DNA from: Camelus ferus
Taxonomy: Eukaryota
Length of the DNA stretch: 64,000 nt
NCBI RefSeq assembly: GCF_009834535.1
Contig: NC_045696.1
Span: 52,702,001 to 52,766,000 of the forward strand
Reading direction: 5' to 3'
Part shown: positions 52,300 through 64,000 of the stretch, piece after piece
Position numbering within the stretch: position 1 is the stretch's first letter
Layout: each line of letters begins with the position of its first letter
Translations under genes and position numbers: made by a program
Notes under the pieces: generated by a model
What the model saw: only the letters and a program-made list of their open reading frames with translations
Told to the model about the DNA's origin: nothing
The model's database searches: none

Positions 52300-54158
52300 T
52301 ATAAAATTTCTTTCTACATTGTAATTTACACTCAAATTAGCTTCAGTAAAAAATTAATTTTCTCCCACATTTTCTGAATATTTTCAGTACATCATCCCCA
52401 CATTTATCACAGTTCTCCCTGAGTTCACCAATACTCCGTCTAAGCTCCCATAAAAATCTACCCTAGAAAACAAAATTAACTCCAATTTGTTTTTCCTGTC
52501 CCTAGTCTTTTCTAGTTTTTGGTCTCAGTATCTCGACAAGATGGCCCAGGTCCTTGGATGAGTTTAAAAGCCTCTGTACTACTCTTTGGGAATTCTGTGA
52601 CCTTGGTCAGCAGTGATGGCAAAGACACGTGGGTCAAACAGACAGAAGACAACACACGTCCAAGCAAAATTATAGTGAGACTATGACAAATTTTTTTTAT
52701 TTAGTACACTTTCATTTAAGTCACAAGGAAAGTCATGTTCCCTGTTTCAGACTCAGTGATGTCAGATCATTTGTTGGGGCAGCAACCATCTCCTCTCCCT
52801 TTTTGCATTATCATCTGTAGGCTTTCAATAACTATTAGAGCTACCACTATCAATGACAGAGAAGGAGCTTGCAAGAGGGCCACTTTGGAAGCAGAAAGAT
52901 GTGTTCAGAGATGACTACACTGGTTCAGACATTAGTGTCTCCACCATCCACTGAAGGGCCAGCTGGGTGCACCGTATGTCTCTCTAGGCCACACCAATGA
53001 GGTCACTTACCATCTTTCTTTCGGGCTGAGTTCTATGTCTGGTTCTGGAATCAATGTCATTCTCATTCCTAGGCTATAAAGAAAGAACTCTACACACAGT
53101 TGACTCAGCATCAAGTCAGCTTATGCCCAAACACCAATAGTTGGCCTCTCACTTGGGAGCAGTTCTATTAACTAGACTTGAGCTTGGATTGCTTTACCTA
53201 AGTCCCTGTCTCATGCATCTCATGTGTACTCTGCTTTACCTGAGACTGAAGCCCTGCCTTATTCTCATCCATTCTCCTAGAAATGGACATCTTGTTCTTG
53301 GTCCCATGATTAAGGCTGAGAACATGTCCATGGTCCATCGATACTGGCCTCTTTCTAGACACTGTGTTCTACCAGCCTCCACTGCTTGTTGGCTAGTCCT
53401 GCTATTTACCTTCTGTTTGACTCTTGCCCTTAACCATGAACTTCAGGTATCGTGTTAGTCTTACCCACCTGTTCTTCCTTCTACTGCTTACTGGCTTCAT
53501 GCCCAGGCTGTGGTAGGATGGCTACTGTCCCCTTTGGGTTTGGCACATTTTTCATCAAGTGTTATCAGTACTTTTTAAAATTTGTTCTTTCTGTTTCATG
53601 GCCTCAACTAGAAATATGTGTTGCTGAGAAAGGAGAATGAATAGATTTAGATGGTGCACATGGAGAGAGAAGATTTTAAACTTGGGTCACTGAAAGAATG
53701 ATAAGACCAAACTCATTATATTTGTAGTGATAGTGGTGGCATGATGTCCAGTATACATTGAGATACAGGTTTGGAGCCAGGAGGAGTAGAGTCAAGGATG
53801 TAGAGAAATATTTGCAGTCGAAATTCGAATTTGATATGTATGAGGCCAGGAATCATTAAAGCCTGTGTTAAAGAAAGTAATATGCTTACAGTGATGTATA
53901 GGGATTCATATTGTGACAGTGATAATATAAATGTGGTTACTTGGTTATGGGGTCAGGGTTGAAGCCATTAGAAAGAATGAGTTATTTGATGCAGAGCCTG
54001 CAAAGAGAATGTAGAATTGAATCTTGGATTGTGTCATGTTAGGGAATAGGGAGTAAAAACTGGACCCAGAATGGAAAAAGAAAAGCTAGGAAACAGCAAA
54101 CATAAATCCAGAACCTAGTCTTCAGTGAAGGTAAGAAAAAGGGACTCTTTCAAGAAGA

Positions 54159-54719
54159 TGTCAAAAACAAAAATACAGCAACGATGAAGAAGATGATTTT
54201 ATTCAGGCTATCGCAGTAGGGACCCCAGCTCCCACAATCTTGGCAGGAGGCTTTCTCTTAGACTTTTATAGGGGGAGTAGACAAGTTACAGTTGGGGTGA
54301 TTTACAACTGGGGTTATTTTGCAATCAGGGAAATTCTGGTCAGTACGTTGAACAAGACTTGTTTATTTCTGTGTCTACCTTGTTTCAAAGGCACAAACAA
54401 TTCTAATCTCAGCTACTCATTCATGAAACAAAGAATAGAAAATTCAAGGATCTGCGCCTGATTTTGTCAGTAGGTTCTGGCAAAGGAGGAAAGATCTGTG
54501 TTTGGCCTTGTGACAGGTGAACAAGGGAGTCACGCATGAGTCTTCTGGAGTCACGAGAAAGAGTGGACAGCAGATCACATGGAGAAGGCTGCTTTACAGT
54601 AAGCCCTTTCCTGGAGCATAAAAGGGTGGGGAGACTTAAGAAAACAAAAGGTTGGGGGAATTTCTTCACTGCCACTGTTCTCTGGAGCATAAAGCTCAAC
54701 ATGTCCAAAGAAGTAGTCA
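54159..54719 (-). mobile_element. ERV-class solo LTR
   Basis: TGTCAA...TAGTCA termini, flanks gaaga/gaaaa, reverse poly(A) signal (tttatt) and reverse TATA (ttttata) in the expected order. Confidence 0.6.
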
Positions 54720-56324
54720 GAAAAAGATGAAGAGCAATGGTAAATGAGAAAAGGCCTTAAGATTTGGTATATATATATATATTTTTTTTTGGGGGGGGTG
54801 AATTTGAGGACAGCACTGTTAGAAAAATGGTAGGTTAAAGTCACCTCTTAGAGAACTAAGGGAGGGGAGATGAGGGAAAGATGGCATAATTACAGCTTAT
54901 TCTTTCATGAAGTTTGTTGATGGAAGGGAGAAAGAACAGCTTTGTTAAGCTTTGCTGTTAGCTTTGCATTTTTGAACTGTCTTGTACCAAAGAAAACATA
55001 TTGAGGATATATTTTGTTCTGTTGTTATTCTAGAAGAAGGAACTCCATAAAAGCTTAAGGGAGGTAGATTTTAGATGAATATCAGGAATAATTTACAAGT
55101 AGAGCCGGAGGGGCCTGTAGAAGTAGAGCTGTCCACCTGCTAGGAGGATGCTGGGAGATTCCTCCACTGGACGAGTTGTTGCGGGTGGGTCTCCAGAGCC
55201 CCTTTCAATGCTCAGGTTTCTGTATATAGTCTCATTAGTTTCAAATAAATAGGATTTTGAAAGAAGGAAGACAGTAGGAGGTAGATTCTAGACATAAGGC
55301 GTGTCTCAGAAAATGGCTTTATTAGAGAAAAAACACTGGGTGGAGAAAAGAGAGAAAGCCTTCTGCAGGGTGATTGTTCAAATGGCAGCAGGAGATGATG
55401 GACAGAACATACATGATTCCACAGTTCTGTCTCAGGTGAGCTACAGACTCACCATGAATCTTTATTTTTTAACTTCTTATTGTCCCAATGTCCCAAAATA
55501 GCTGAGGATATTACATTTTTTTTTTTTTTGCCACTAAATGTAAGTAAAAAGCTTTGAGATCTTTGACTAAAAAGAGAGAAATCAGTACAAATATGAATAT
55601 TACTTTTTCAATATAGTTCTGGTTGTGTTCCAGTAAATGCTATTGATTCTTAAAGCAATTTTTCACTCGAAGGCAGTGCCATAATTGGACAGGCCCCAGG
55701 AAGCCAAAACACACAATGAGTGCAAAATGAATTGTCCCGGTGAGAGACAGGGATTGCTTCTGTTTACCCGCAAGCAAGCATATAACACAAACACCTTTTA
55801 TGTGGCTTTCTTGTTGCAATAATACTTTTGAATTAATTTCAAAATGGAGTTAAACCTCAGATGGCTTTTTAACACTCTGCTTTCATTGGGAAGGGGAGGG
55901 GCTGTAGATGGCGGAGTGACATGCACTTTTATTTCCTCTCCTCAGGACATAGTACTGATCTCTTACGGATTCCTAAGGATGACAGCATTTGTAGCCATTT
56001 AAGCTACTTCTGGATTTTCGTTATCCAGTAACTGTTTAGTCATTTAGTTTATGTAACCTACCATAGTCAGTAATAACTATTAAGCCTAAGCCACTCGTTT
56101 TAGAGGTCCTCATTTTTCCCTCTCTTTGCATAGAATACCCACTTCTCAGAACATACCTCTGTGCATAATGTGTTGAAGTTTGATACAACAGTAATCCTCA
56201 ATCCTGGTTCTGCAAGCCTCCAGAGAACTTGAAATTACTTCTAGTAGACCTTAAAGGAAAATTATATTGAGTTTACCTTTTATTTCACAAAGTAGAAAAG
56301 GAATGGAAGCATTGAAGAAGAGTG

Positions 56325-56412
56325 GTGGGGGAGAGAGGGAAGGGGGAGGGAGAGAGGGAAGGAAGGAAGGGAGTGAGGAAGAGAAGGAGGGAGGGAGAAA
56401 GGGAAGGGAGAA
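56325..56412. repeat. GA-rich purine tract
   Basis: gggagagagggaagggggagggagagagggaaggaaggaaggg... Confidence 0.85.
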
Positions 56413-58297
56413 TGAATAGATTTACACAGTGCATTTAGGACTACTGGGGAGAAATGCAAGTTAAAATCAAGCAGTAGAATTCATCATCTCCAAAGGTTGC
56501 GAGTGGCATTATGGTATTATGGGAGGGTCACTGAATTCTAATTAGCTGTGAGACTTTGGGCAAGTCACAGAACTCTCTATATTCAGTTTTTTTCAGAGGG
56601 AGTGAGGGGACTGAGATCAGATAATCTCTAACATCTTCTTTAGCTTTCATTATTCTGTAATTTTACAAATAATTATAAGCTCACTCTATGACAATATATA
56701 CAGATTTTGTATTTTTGTCCTGAATTATGTGGTTTAATCCTTTTTCTTTGATAAAATTAGCAAGACAACTGCCAAGTCTGTAGTTTTCCTTGTGCTATGT
56801 AAATACAGCCATAAGGGAAAATTAAACAACACAGATAAATAGCTGTCTAGCTAATCTCAAGTACTACCCAAACATATCATGGTGAGAAATGGCAAGGCAT
56901 GAGCTGAATATGACTCATAAATGTAGTAGTTTATTTTAAAATTTAAATGTTACCCAAGCAATAGATATTCCTAAGTAAGAAAATTTTTTAGGCAGCTGTA
57001 GTCGCTATGGGAGTGACCCTTTCAGAGTTAGAATTATTTCCAGTTTGGGTTTCTGTATTTTAATTGTGGAATCAAATCACTTAATCAAATATCAGATCTT
57101 GAGACTGGGCAAATCTAGGTCTGTTCTTGCTTTCAAACACAAATGTTGAAAATACAAACTTTGTAATAAGACATATTAATATGTTGATTTAATGTATGTT
57201 AAAACATTACAAGTCATTAGTTGAATTTTTAAGTGAAAACCAATATAACCTGGAAAATAGTTCACAAACTTTCTCAAGGTCTAACAGACACAAATTACTA
57301 TACTTTTGTAACTGATCACTAGATAAGATCGAGGATGTCCCATTGTTGAAAACAATGAGTATAACAGAAATACCTAAGGAAATGCAATCTTTTGAAATGG
57401 CAGATACAATATCTAAGCAGCCTGTTTCAGTAAGTGTGAAAAACTTCAAGAAAGAATAACTAAGAGAGCAGATTCCATGAAAAATGACCAACAAATGCTG
57501 TTAGCCTGTTAGATATTTCCTCACCTCCTAAGTATGGACCTAAATAATTAACATCAAATACATGCGGTTTGATTTTTGGAAAATTATTAACTTCCTCCAA
57601 AATGCAGGAGGAGGAATTATAGATAATCTTTAGGGGGAATAATGCTAACTTCAGTTATGTTTGATCAAGATTCTGAAAGAAGTATGGCATTTTTTGCCTG
57701 ATTTTTTTTTTTTTTAGAAAGCGGCCACTTCCTACTCCATCTTTAACTCTTTATTTTTCAAAATTTGCTGGAATTCCCTGCTTGAGAAGTCCCAGAAATA
57801 AGAGTATTGTAGATAGGCAGAAAGAATAATCCCATCAGAGCAGGCTTCCTCAGGGCCAGTAGGGATTTTCTCCCCCTAAATATGCCCTGTCAACATGAAT
57901 GCAAGCCTTCCTGGAAATGTAAAGGTCTTTCTCATAATAAAGCTGAAAAGTCTCACTGTATCTGATCATTTTCCTTAAGGTTAAGGGACAAGAATTCATA
58001 GGTTTCTTTCAAGTTTTGAATTCAATAATTGATACTGAATCAGGGAATTAAAAAAATTGGATATACTGTCTTTAGCTTGGAGAATTGTCATCCCCTCTGT
58101 AAGTTGCCTACTGGACACAAGATTTACTGCACATTTGCAAGCAGGAGGTTCTGGCGCATTCAGTATATAGTAAATGTACTTTTCCTAAAAACTTGTAGGG
58201 AATCAAATGGAGCTAAGCCCAAGGATGAGGTTGTTTCCCTTGAAATCAACTGACTGATATTCTTTAGATATGAAATAGAGAAGATCATCCTGTTCTT

Positions 58298-59982
58298 TTT
58301 TTTTTTTTGCCTTTAAATATAGATATTTGTTTTATTTTATTTATTTTTTAACATTTTTTATTGAGTTATAGTGATTATACAATGTTGTGTCAATTTCCAG
58401 TGTAGAGCACAATTTTTCAGTTATACATGAACATACATATATTCATTGTGGCATTTTTTTCACTGTGAGCTACCACAAGATCTTGTATATATTTCCCTGT
58501 GCTATACAGTATAATCTTGTTTATCTATTCTACATATGCCTGTCAGTATCTACAAATTTGAACTCCCAGTCTGTCCCTTCCCATCCCCCTCCCCCTTGGC
58601 AACCACAAGTTTATATTCTATGAGTCTGTTTCTGTTTTATATTTATGTTCTTTTCTTTTTTTTTTTTTAGATTCCACATATGAGTGAATCTCATATGGTA
58701 TTTTTCTTTCTCTTTCTGGCTTACTTCATTTAGAATGACGTTCTCCAAAGACATCCATGTTGCTGCAAATGGTGTTATGTTGTTTTTTATGGCTGAATAG
58801 TATTCCACTGTATAAATATACCACCTCTTCTTTATCCAGTCATCTTTAAATGGACATTTAGGCTGTTTCCATGTCTTGGCTATTGTAAATAGTGCTGCTA
58901 TGAACATTGGGGTGCAGGTGTATTTTTGAAGTAGGGTTCCTTCTGGATATATGCCCAGGACCAGGATTCCTGGGTCATATGGTAAGTCTACGCCTAGTCT
59001 TCTGAGAAATCTCCCTACTGTTTTCCACAGTGGCTGCACCAAACTGCATTCCCACCAGCAGTATAGGAGGGTTCCCTTTTCTCCACAGCCTCTCCAGCAT
59101 TTGTCACTTGTGGACTTTTGAATGATGGCCATTCTGACTGGTGTGAGGTGATAGATACCTCATTGTAGTTTTGATTTGCATTTCTCTGATAATTAGTGAT
59201 ATTGAGCATTTTTTCATGTGCCTATTGATCATTTGTATTTCTTCCTTGGAGAATTGCTTGTTTAGGTCTTCTGCCCATTTTGGGATTGGGTTGTTTGTTT
59301 TTTTCTTATTAAGTCTGCTTATATATATTCTGGAGATCAAGCCTTTGTCAGTTTCATCTTTTGCAAAAATTTTCTCCCATTCTGTATGTTGTTGTTTTAT
59401 TTTGCTTATGGTTTCCTTTGCTGTGCAGAAACGTGTAAGTTTAATTAGGTCCCATTTGTTTATTCTTGCTTTTATTTCTATTGCTTGGGTAGACTGCCCT
59501 AGGAGAGCATTTTTGAGATGTATGTGAGATGATGTTTTGCCTATGTTTTCTTCTAGGAGGTTTATTGTATCTTGTCTTATGTTTAAGTCTTTGACCCATT
59601 TTGAGTTTATTTTCATGTATGGTGTAAGGGAGTGTTCTAGCTTCATTGATTTACATGCTGCTGTCCAGGTTTCCCAACATCATTTGCTGAAGAGACTGTC
59701 TTTATTCCATTGTATATTCTTGCCTCCATTGTCAAAGGTTAGTTGACCAAAAGTTTTTGGGTTCATTTCTGGGCTCTCTATTCTGTTCCATTGGTCCACA
59801 TGTCTGTTTTTGTACCAATACCATACTATTTTGATTACTGTAGCTCTATAGTATTGTCTAAAGTCTGGGAGAGTTATTCCTCCAGCCTCTTTCTTTTTCT
59901 TCAGTAATGCTTTGGCAATTCTAGGTCTTTTGTGGTTCCATATAAATTTTATTATGATTTGTTCTCATTCTGTGAAATATGT
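58298..59982 (-). mobile_element. 5'-truncated LINE-1 (ORF2 C-terminal part plus 3'UTR), frameshifted
   Basis: ORFs 59104-59646 and 58611-59132 give ORF2p C-terminal motifs ([46 protein letters not shown]); perfect 17-bp TSD aagatcatcctgttctt at 58281-58297 and 59983-59999; empty site TTCTT/AA fits the L1 endonuclease. Confidence 0.96.
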
Positions 59983-60167
59983 AAGATCATCCTGTTCTTA
60001 AGTAGAGTCCATAGCAGAGAAGTTCTTGCCTTTTGAGACATTACTGTTTAGCAGCCTTGATTCTTGCATTATAGAATCATGCCTCTCAAGTTTGGTCAAT
60101 GGTCAGCTTTGCCTTGCAATCATTTTTGGATGTCAGCCCTTGACTTTGAAGCCTTTTTTCAAAATTT

Positions 60168-60169
60168 TT

Positions 60170-60247
<78 letters not shown>
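60168..60247. repeat. (TTTC)20 tetranucleotide microsatellite
   Basis: Perfect repeat. Confidence 0.95.
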
Positions 60248-60248
<1 letters not shown>

Positions 60249-60389
60249 GTTTTTTAACTTTACAAGCAAAAACTTCATAAGGCACAGACTTTTCCTTTCT
60301 TGGAGTACTTGAAGACAGTTTCTCTTTGGCTATGGCCTAAGGATAAATAAGCATGAATTAATGGAAAGAGAGAGAGAAGATAACTCATT

Positions 60390-60875
60390 TTTTAGACACA
60401 TAGGTGAGCAAGGTAGTGGCACTGTGTTAGTTTGGTTTTTTCCTCTCATTTAGTGCTCACCACAAATCTATGAGGTAGATACTATTATTATTCCCAGTTT
60501 ATTGATGAAAAAATAGGAAATCAGAGATGATATATATTAAATACCAATATGTGAGAGCCCTTAGCACAATGCTTGGCACAAGGTAAACTTTAAATCAGTG
60601 TTAGTACCCTTCCAGTCACTTAATAATAATAGTCAATATTTATTGAGCAGTTACTGAAACATGCCATTCATTATTAATTACTTTAAACAATTAACACATT
60701 TGAATGTTATAACAACCCAGTGAGGTGGGTACCAATGTTAACACCAATCACAGGTAAGGAAAATGAGGCAATAAGAGGTTAAGTAACTTACTCCAAGTTA
60801 TTGTTAAGTGTCAGGGATAGAATTTAAATTCAAGCAGGCTGACTAGAAACAGCTCTCTTAACCACTACTCTGTGC
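60390..60875. mobile_element. Cluster of MIR fragments
   Basis: ctatgaggtagatactattattattcccagtttattgatga; acaggtaaggaaaatgaggcaataagaggttaagtaactt. Confidence 0.6.
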
Positions 60876-61679
60876 CATCTAAAAATAGTTAATGCTTATA
60901 ATAGGTATCTATTTTTTACATTTAGGTTTTCTATATCTGAATAGTTTGTTATAAAATTAGAAAACATAAAATTAAAATTAGCCCCAAAATGGGAAATGAT
61001 GGAATAATGCTTTCCATTCCAATAAACCAGGATAATATTAGGGCTTCTTTTTATAATCCAATATTTTGAAATTCAGACAAATATCTGATATTTGGTCATG
61101 ATAATAATACAGCTCCACAATTTTTATGCTTGAGGCAATTAAGGCTTTATCTACATGACACAAAGCATATTTGAAATTGTCCCCTTTTTCCATCACTTTC
61201 TTCTCTCCTATAAATATTAAATGTCAATCTTGTGATAAGCATGAATCCAGGAGTTGATGTTACTGTGGATGCCTTGATTCATTAAAAATATATATATTTG
61301 CCAGGTACTTTTCTAGGTATTTGGGATTCATCGCTAAACAAAATTAAAAATCTCTTCCTTTGTGGAGTTTAGATTCTTGCAAATGTATCAGACTTCTCAT
61401 TTGAGAAGTTAGTTCACAGTCAAGAAGACCAGAAAAAATACCACAAACTATCATATAATGCAAGGGATATAATTTACTTACCAATGAAGAGAAGGAAGTG
61501 ATTAATTCTGCCCAGGATAGGTTTGGAGGTGTGGAAACAACATTTAAGCTGGGTCCTGAGGGCTGACTAAGCAGCAAACCCAAAGGATTCAAACCTTGAA
61601 GACTTGCTATGTACACTGACTAAGGAAATTGACTGGCCTGCCTCCCAACTCCAGTCCTTAATTTTTGGTTAAAGGATTA

Positions 61680-62069
61680 ACTTTGGTCCCATTCCCCAGA
61701 ATTAGAGCCTGAGAAGAGACTCTTGTGCAAATACTTTATTGGTGAAAATCTGTAAGGAAATGAAGAGAGAAGAGAGGCCAGGGGAAGAAACCAGGCAAAG
61801 TGGATTCAGGAAGTGGATTCAGGAAAGTGTGGTCTCAGCCTGGTCCCATGGAGAGCACTGAAACACAAGTTGCATCACAGACAGAAACTGTGTCTGGAGT
61901 CATAGGGAGCAGTGGGGGCATGGCCTCTCAGGCACCTCAGGTTGAGGTGGTTCAATTTACATCCCCTGCCCAAGGAGCAGGTGCGGGCTCAACACCTCCA
62001 GCAGCTGGGAGATGGGGACATGGGTCTGGTAAAGGGGATCTGAGAATGTTGCCAACAGCATCTGTAACA
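61680..62069 (-). mobile_element. ERVL LTR16-like relic
   Basis: agagcctgagaagagactcttgtgcaaatactttatt ... ccaacagcatctgtaaca resembles a reversed LTR16/LTR33. Confidence 0.55.
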
Positions 62070-62272
62070 AGGAGCATAGGACATCTGGAAGGCATGGGTA
62101 GGGATGTAGAGGTGTTGAGAATATTTGAACAGCAATTGAGGAGAGAGATAATATTGAGAACTGGACTTTTTTGGTATCACTTTTTGCTTTGGCAGGCCAT
62201 TTATAAAACCTCAAATAGTCATTATTTAATTTTTACTTCATTCACTAAAAAATCTTGAGATGTGAATATTTT

Positions 62273-62550
62273 TGTTTTATTTTTATTTATATTTTTTATT
62301 GAGTTATAGTCAGTTTACAATGTGTGCCAATTTCTGGTGTACAGCACAATTTTTCAGTCGTACAAGAATATACATATATTCATTTTCATATTCTTTTTCA
62401 CCGTGAGCTACTACAAGATCTTTAATATATTTCCCTGTGTTATACAGTATAAACTTGTTTACCTGTTCTATATATACCTTGTCAGTATCTACAGATCTCG
62501 AACTCCCAGTCTGTACCTTCCCGCCACCTTCCCCACTGACAACCACAAAT
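62273..62550 (-). mobile_element. 5'-truncated LINE-1 3'UTR insertion
   Basis: Same 3'UTR family as the 58.3 kb copy; imperfect TSD ttgagatgtga(a/g)ta(t/a)ttt at 62255-62272 and 62551-62568. Confidence 0.88.
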
Positions 62551-64000
62551 TTGAGATGTGAGTAATTTAAATTTAGCAAAATGGAAAAGATCACACTGTT
62601 ACTTAGGGCTCCTGATTTGGACTTCTTTCTTGAAGACAAATACAGTATGACTATCTTTTATTCTGACTAAAGGGAACCTCTTCCATAAGTCAGACTCCAG
62701 AAATGTATCTTCCTGATATAATTTAAGAGTCTTACTCCAGACACTCTGCTTTCTTTCACTTTTCCAGCGATTGTGTTAAAATTCTAAAATGCCTTTAGGC
62801 AGTGCCTGCTCTCTCTAATTCTCCATGGACCCCACCACTGGATTTACCTATGGCCAGATTTACACATTAATATTATCTGCCTGACTTCTTAGACATTGAG
62901 TTTGCAAAGGCTGGAGAGATGCAACTGAGATCTCTCCTAGCTAGATTCTCCTCACCTGAGATACTGTGAAATGGAAGGGGAGATGCAGAGTTAATCTCTG
63001 GTCAGATGGGATTTTGAACTTTTTAGAGAGATATATAGCCTACAGAAAAGCGGAAAACAATTTCTAGGCTGAACTGCTTCTGATAGTCACTGTTAGCAAC
63101 ACTCGATATCACAATATCACTTTTCGATCCCTGACACGGCCCTTCTCAAAATCTCTCAGTGTCATAGGAGCCGTCGTTGTTTATACTGACTCCTCATCCT
63201 TCCACTCCTCCCACATATTAACTGGAAGCAATGCCTCCACAGATCTACAGATTCAGCTGCCAGCTCGGCTTAATTTAGCTGGGGGAGGGATGAGGGAGTG
63301 AGTCTACCTGACTATGACGCTAGAGTGGAAATATTCCCAAATTTTTATTTTGATACTCAGCCTTTAAAAGTTGATTTATTCATTGTAATAATGGTAAGAA
63401 AATAGTGTTAACATCATTTAATTTTATTTATTTATCCCATCTTGTTCTAAAAATAATTTAGGGCAACTATGCAAGCCAGCTAAAGTGTAATTTTTGACCT
63501 TTCTGCATATTTCTAACAGGGGAAGAAGACAGGACACTCATTTTTCATGATTTGATAAACATTTTGTATAGGGGGTGTTTAAGAAATTTTCAAGGCCAGT
63601 CAACTTGTACCTTCCTTGACTTTTGTTTTAATTTAATAAAAAAATCTCCAGGTCATTTCTGTTTCAGAAAAAAAAAAAAAAAAAACCCCACTAAGTTTCG
63701 TTCCAAAAGTTAAAAATCTTAGATTCTTTCCCAATTTTTTGTAACACTAGTTCTATTTAATTAATAAATCACTGTGTCCTTATTTTCTGATCAAAGTCAG
63801 AGACTTTACAGGAACATTCTAGGGGAGAAGCCCTCTAAATTATTTACCTTGGAAAGATTTTTTTTTCCTTTGGGAGATTGCCTTTTTTCTCCTGGGGTGT
63901 GAAAGTTACACTTGATGGGTATTTTTTTTACCCAAATCCCACATGTTAGATTAAAATCTCAGCATACTATATTCTTCACTTTAAATTGTAAAGTACTTCT

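Larger units (their letters stand above)
28255..64000 (+). other. GAP43: GAP43 intron 2 (5' part)
   Basis: No terminal exon (…AVDETKPK…) was recognised downstream; sequence is repeat-rich and non-coding. Confidence 0.8.

Noticed and set aside
53101..53110. TGACTCAGCA (ARE/MARE-like) and other isolated AP-1 heptamers
   Set aside because: Single short motifs without supporting context; counts are not clearly above chance
58611..59646. ORFs of 173 and 180 aa as host genes
   Set aside because: Frameshifted L1 ORF2 fragments within a truncated L1
61800..62258. 152-aa ORF
   Set aside because: Non-ATG start and lies over an old LTR relic; no recognisable domain

Overview
Mammalian genomic DNA lying entirely within the GAP43 (neuromodulin) gene on the + strand. 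The only protein-coding segment of a host gene I can support is GAP43 exon 2 (27645-28254, 610 nt, containing the IQ motif and PKC site Ser41). Exon 1 and exon 3 are not in the window, so the rest is intron 1 and intron 2. A Vic-1-type tRNA-derived SINE points to a camelid; I saw no ruminant or pig SINEs. The introns hold an intronic CpG island (about 12.3-12.9 kb), several ERV LTRs, 5'-truncated L1 insertions with target-site duplications, old L2/MIR/hAT relics and microsatellites. Repeat family names come from my recollection of consensus sequences and need RepeatMasker/Dfam confirmation. I found no evidence of a wholly new multi-gene system. The best leads are: (1) a candidate alternative exon beside the CpG island that is in frame with exon 2; (2) a MER41-like LTR carrying STAT/GAS motifs next to a strong CTCF motif; (3) paired RE1-like sites in the island; (4) a probable short L1 3' transduction; (5) an intronic hairpin. 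All are hypotheses from sequence alone.
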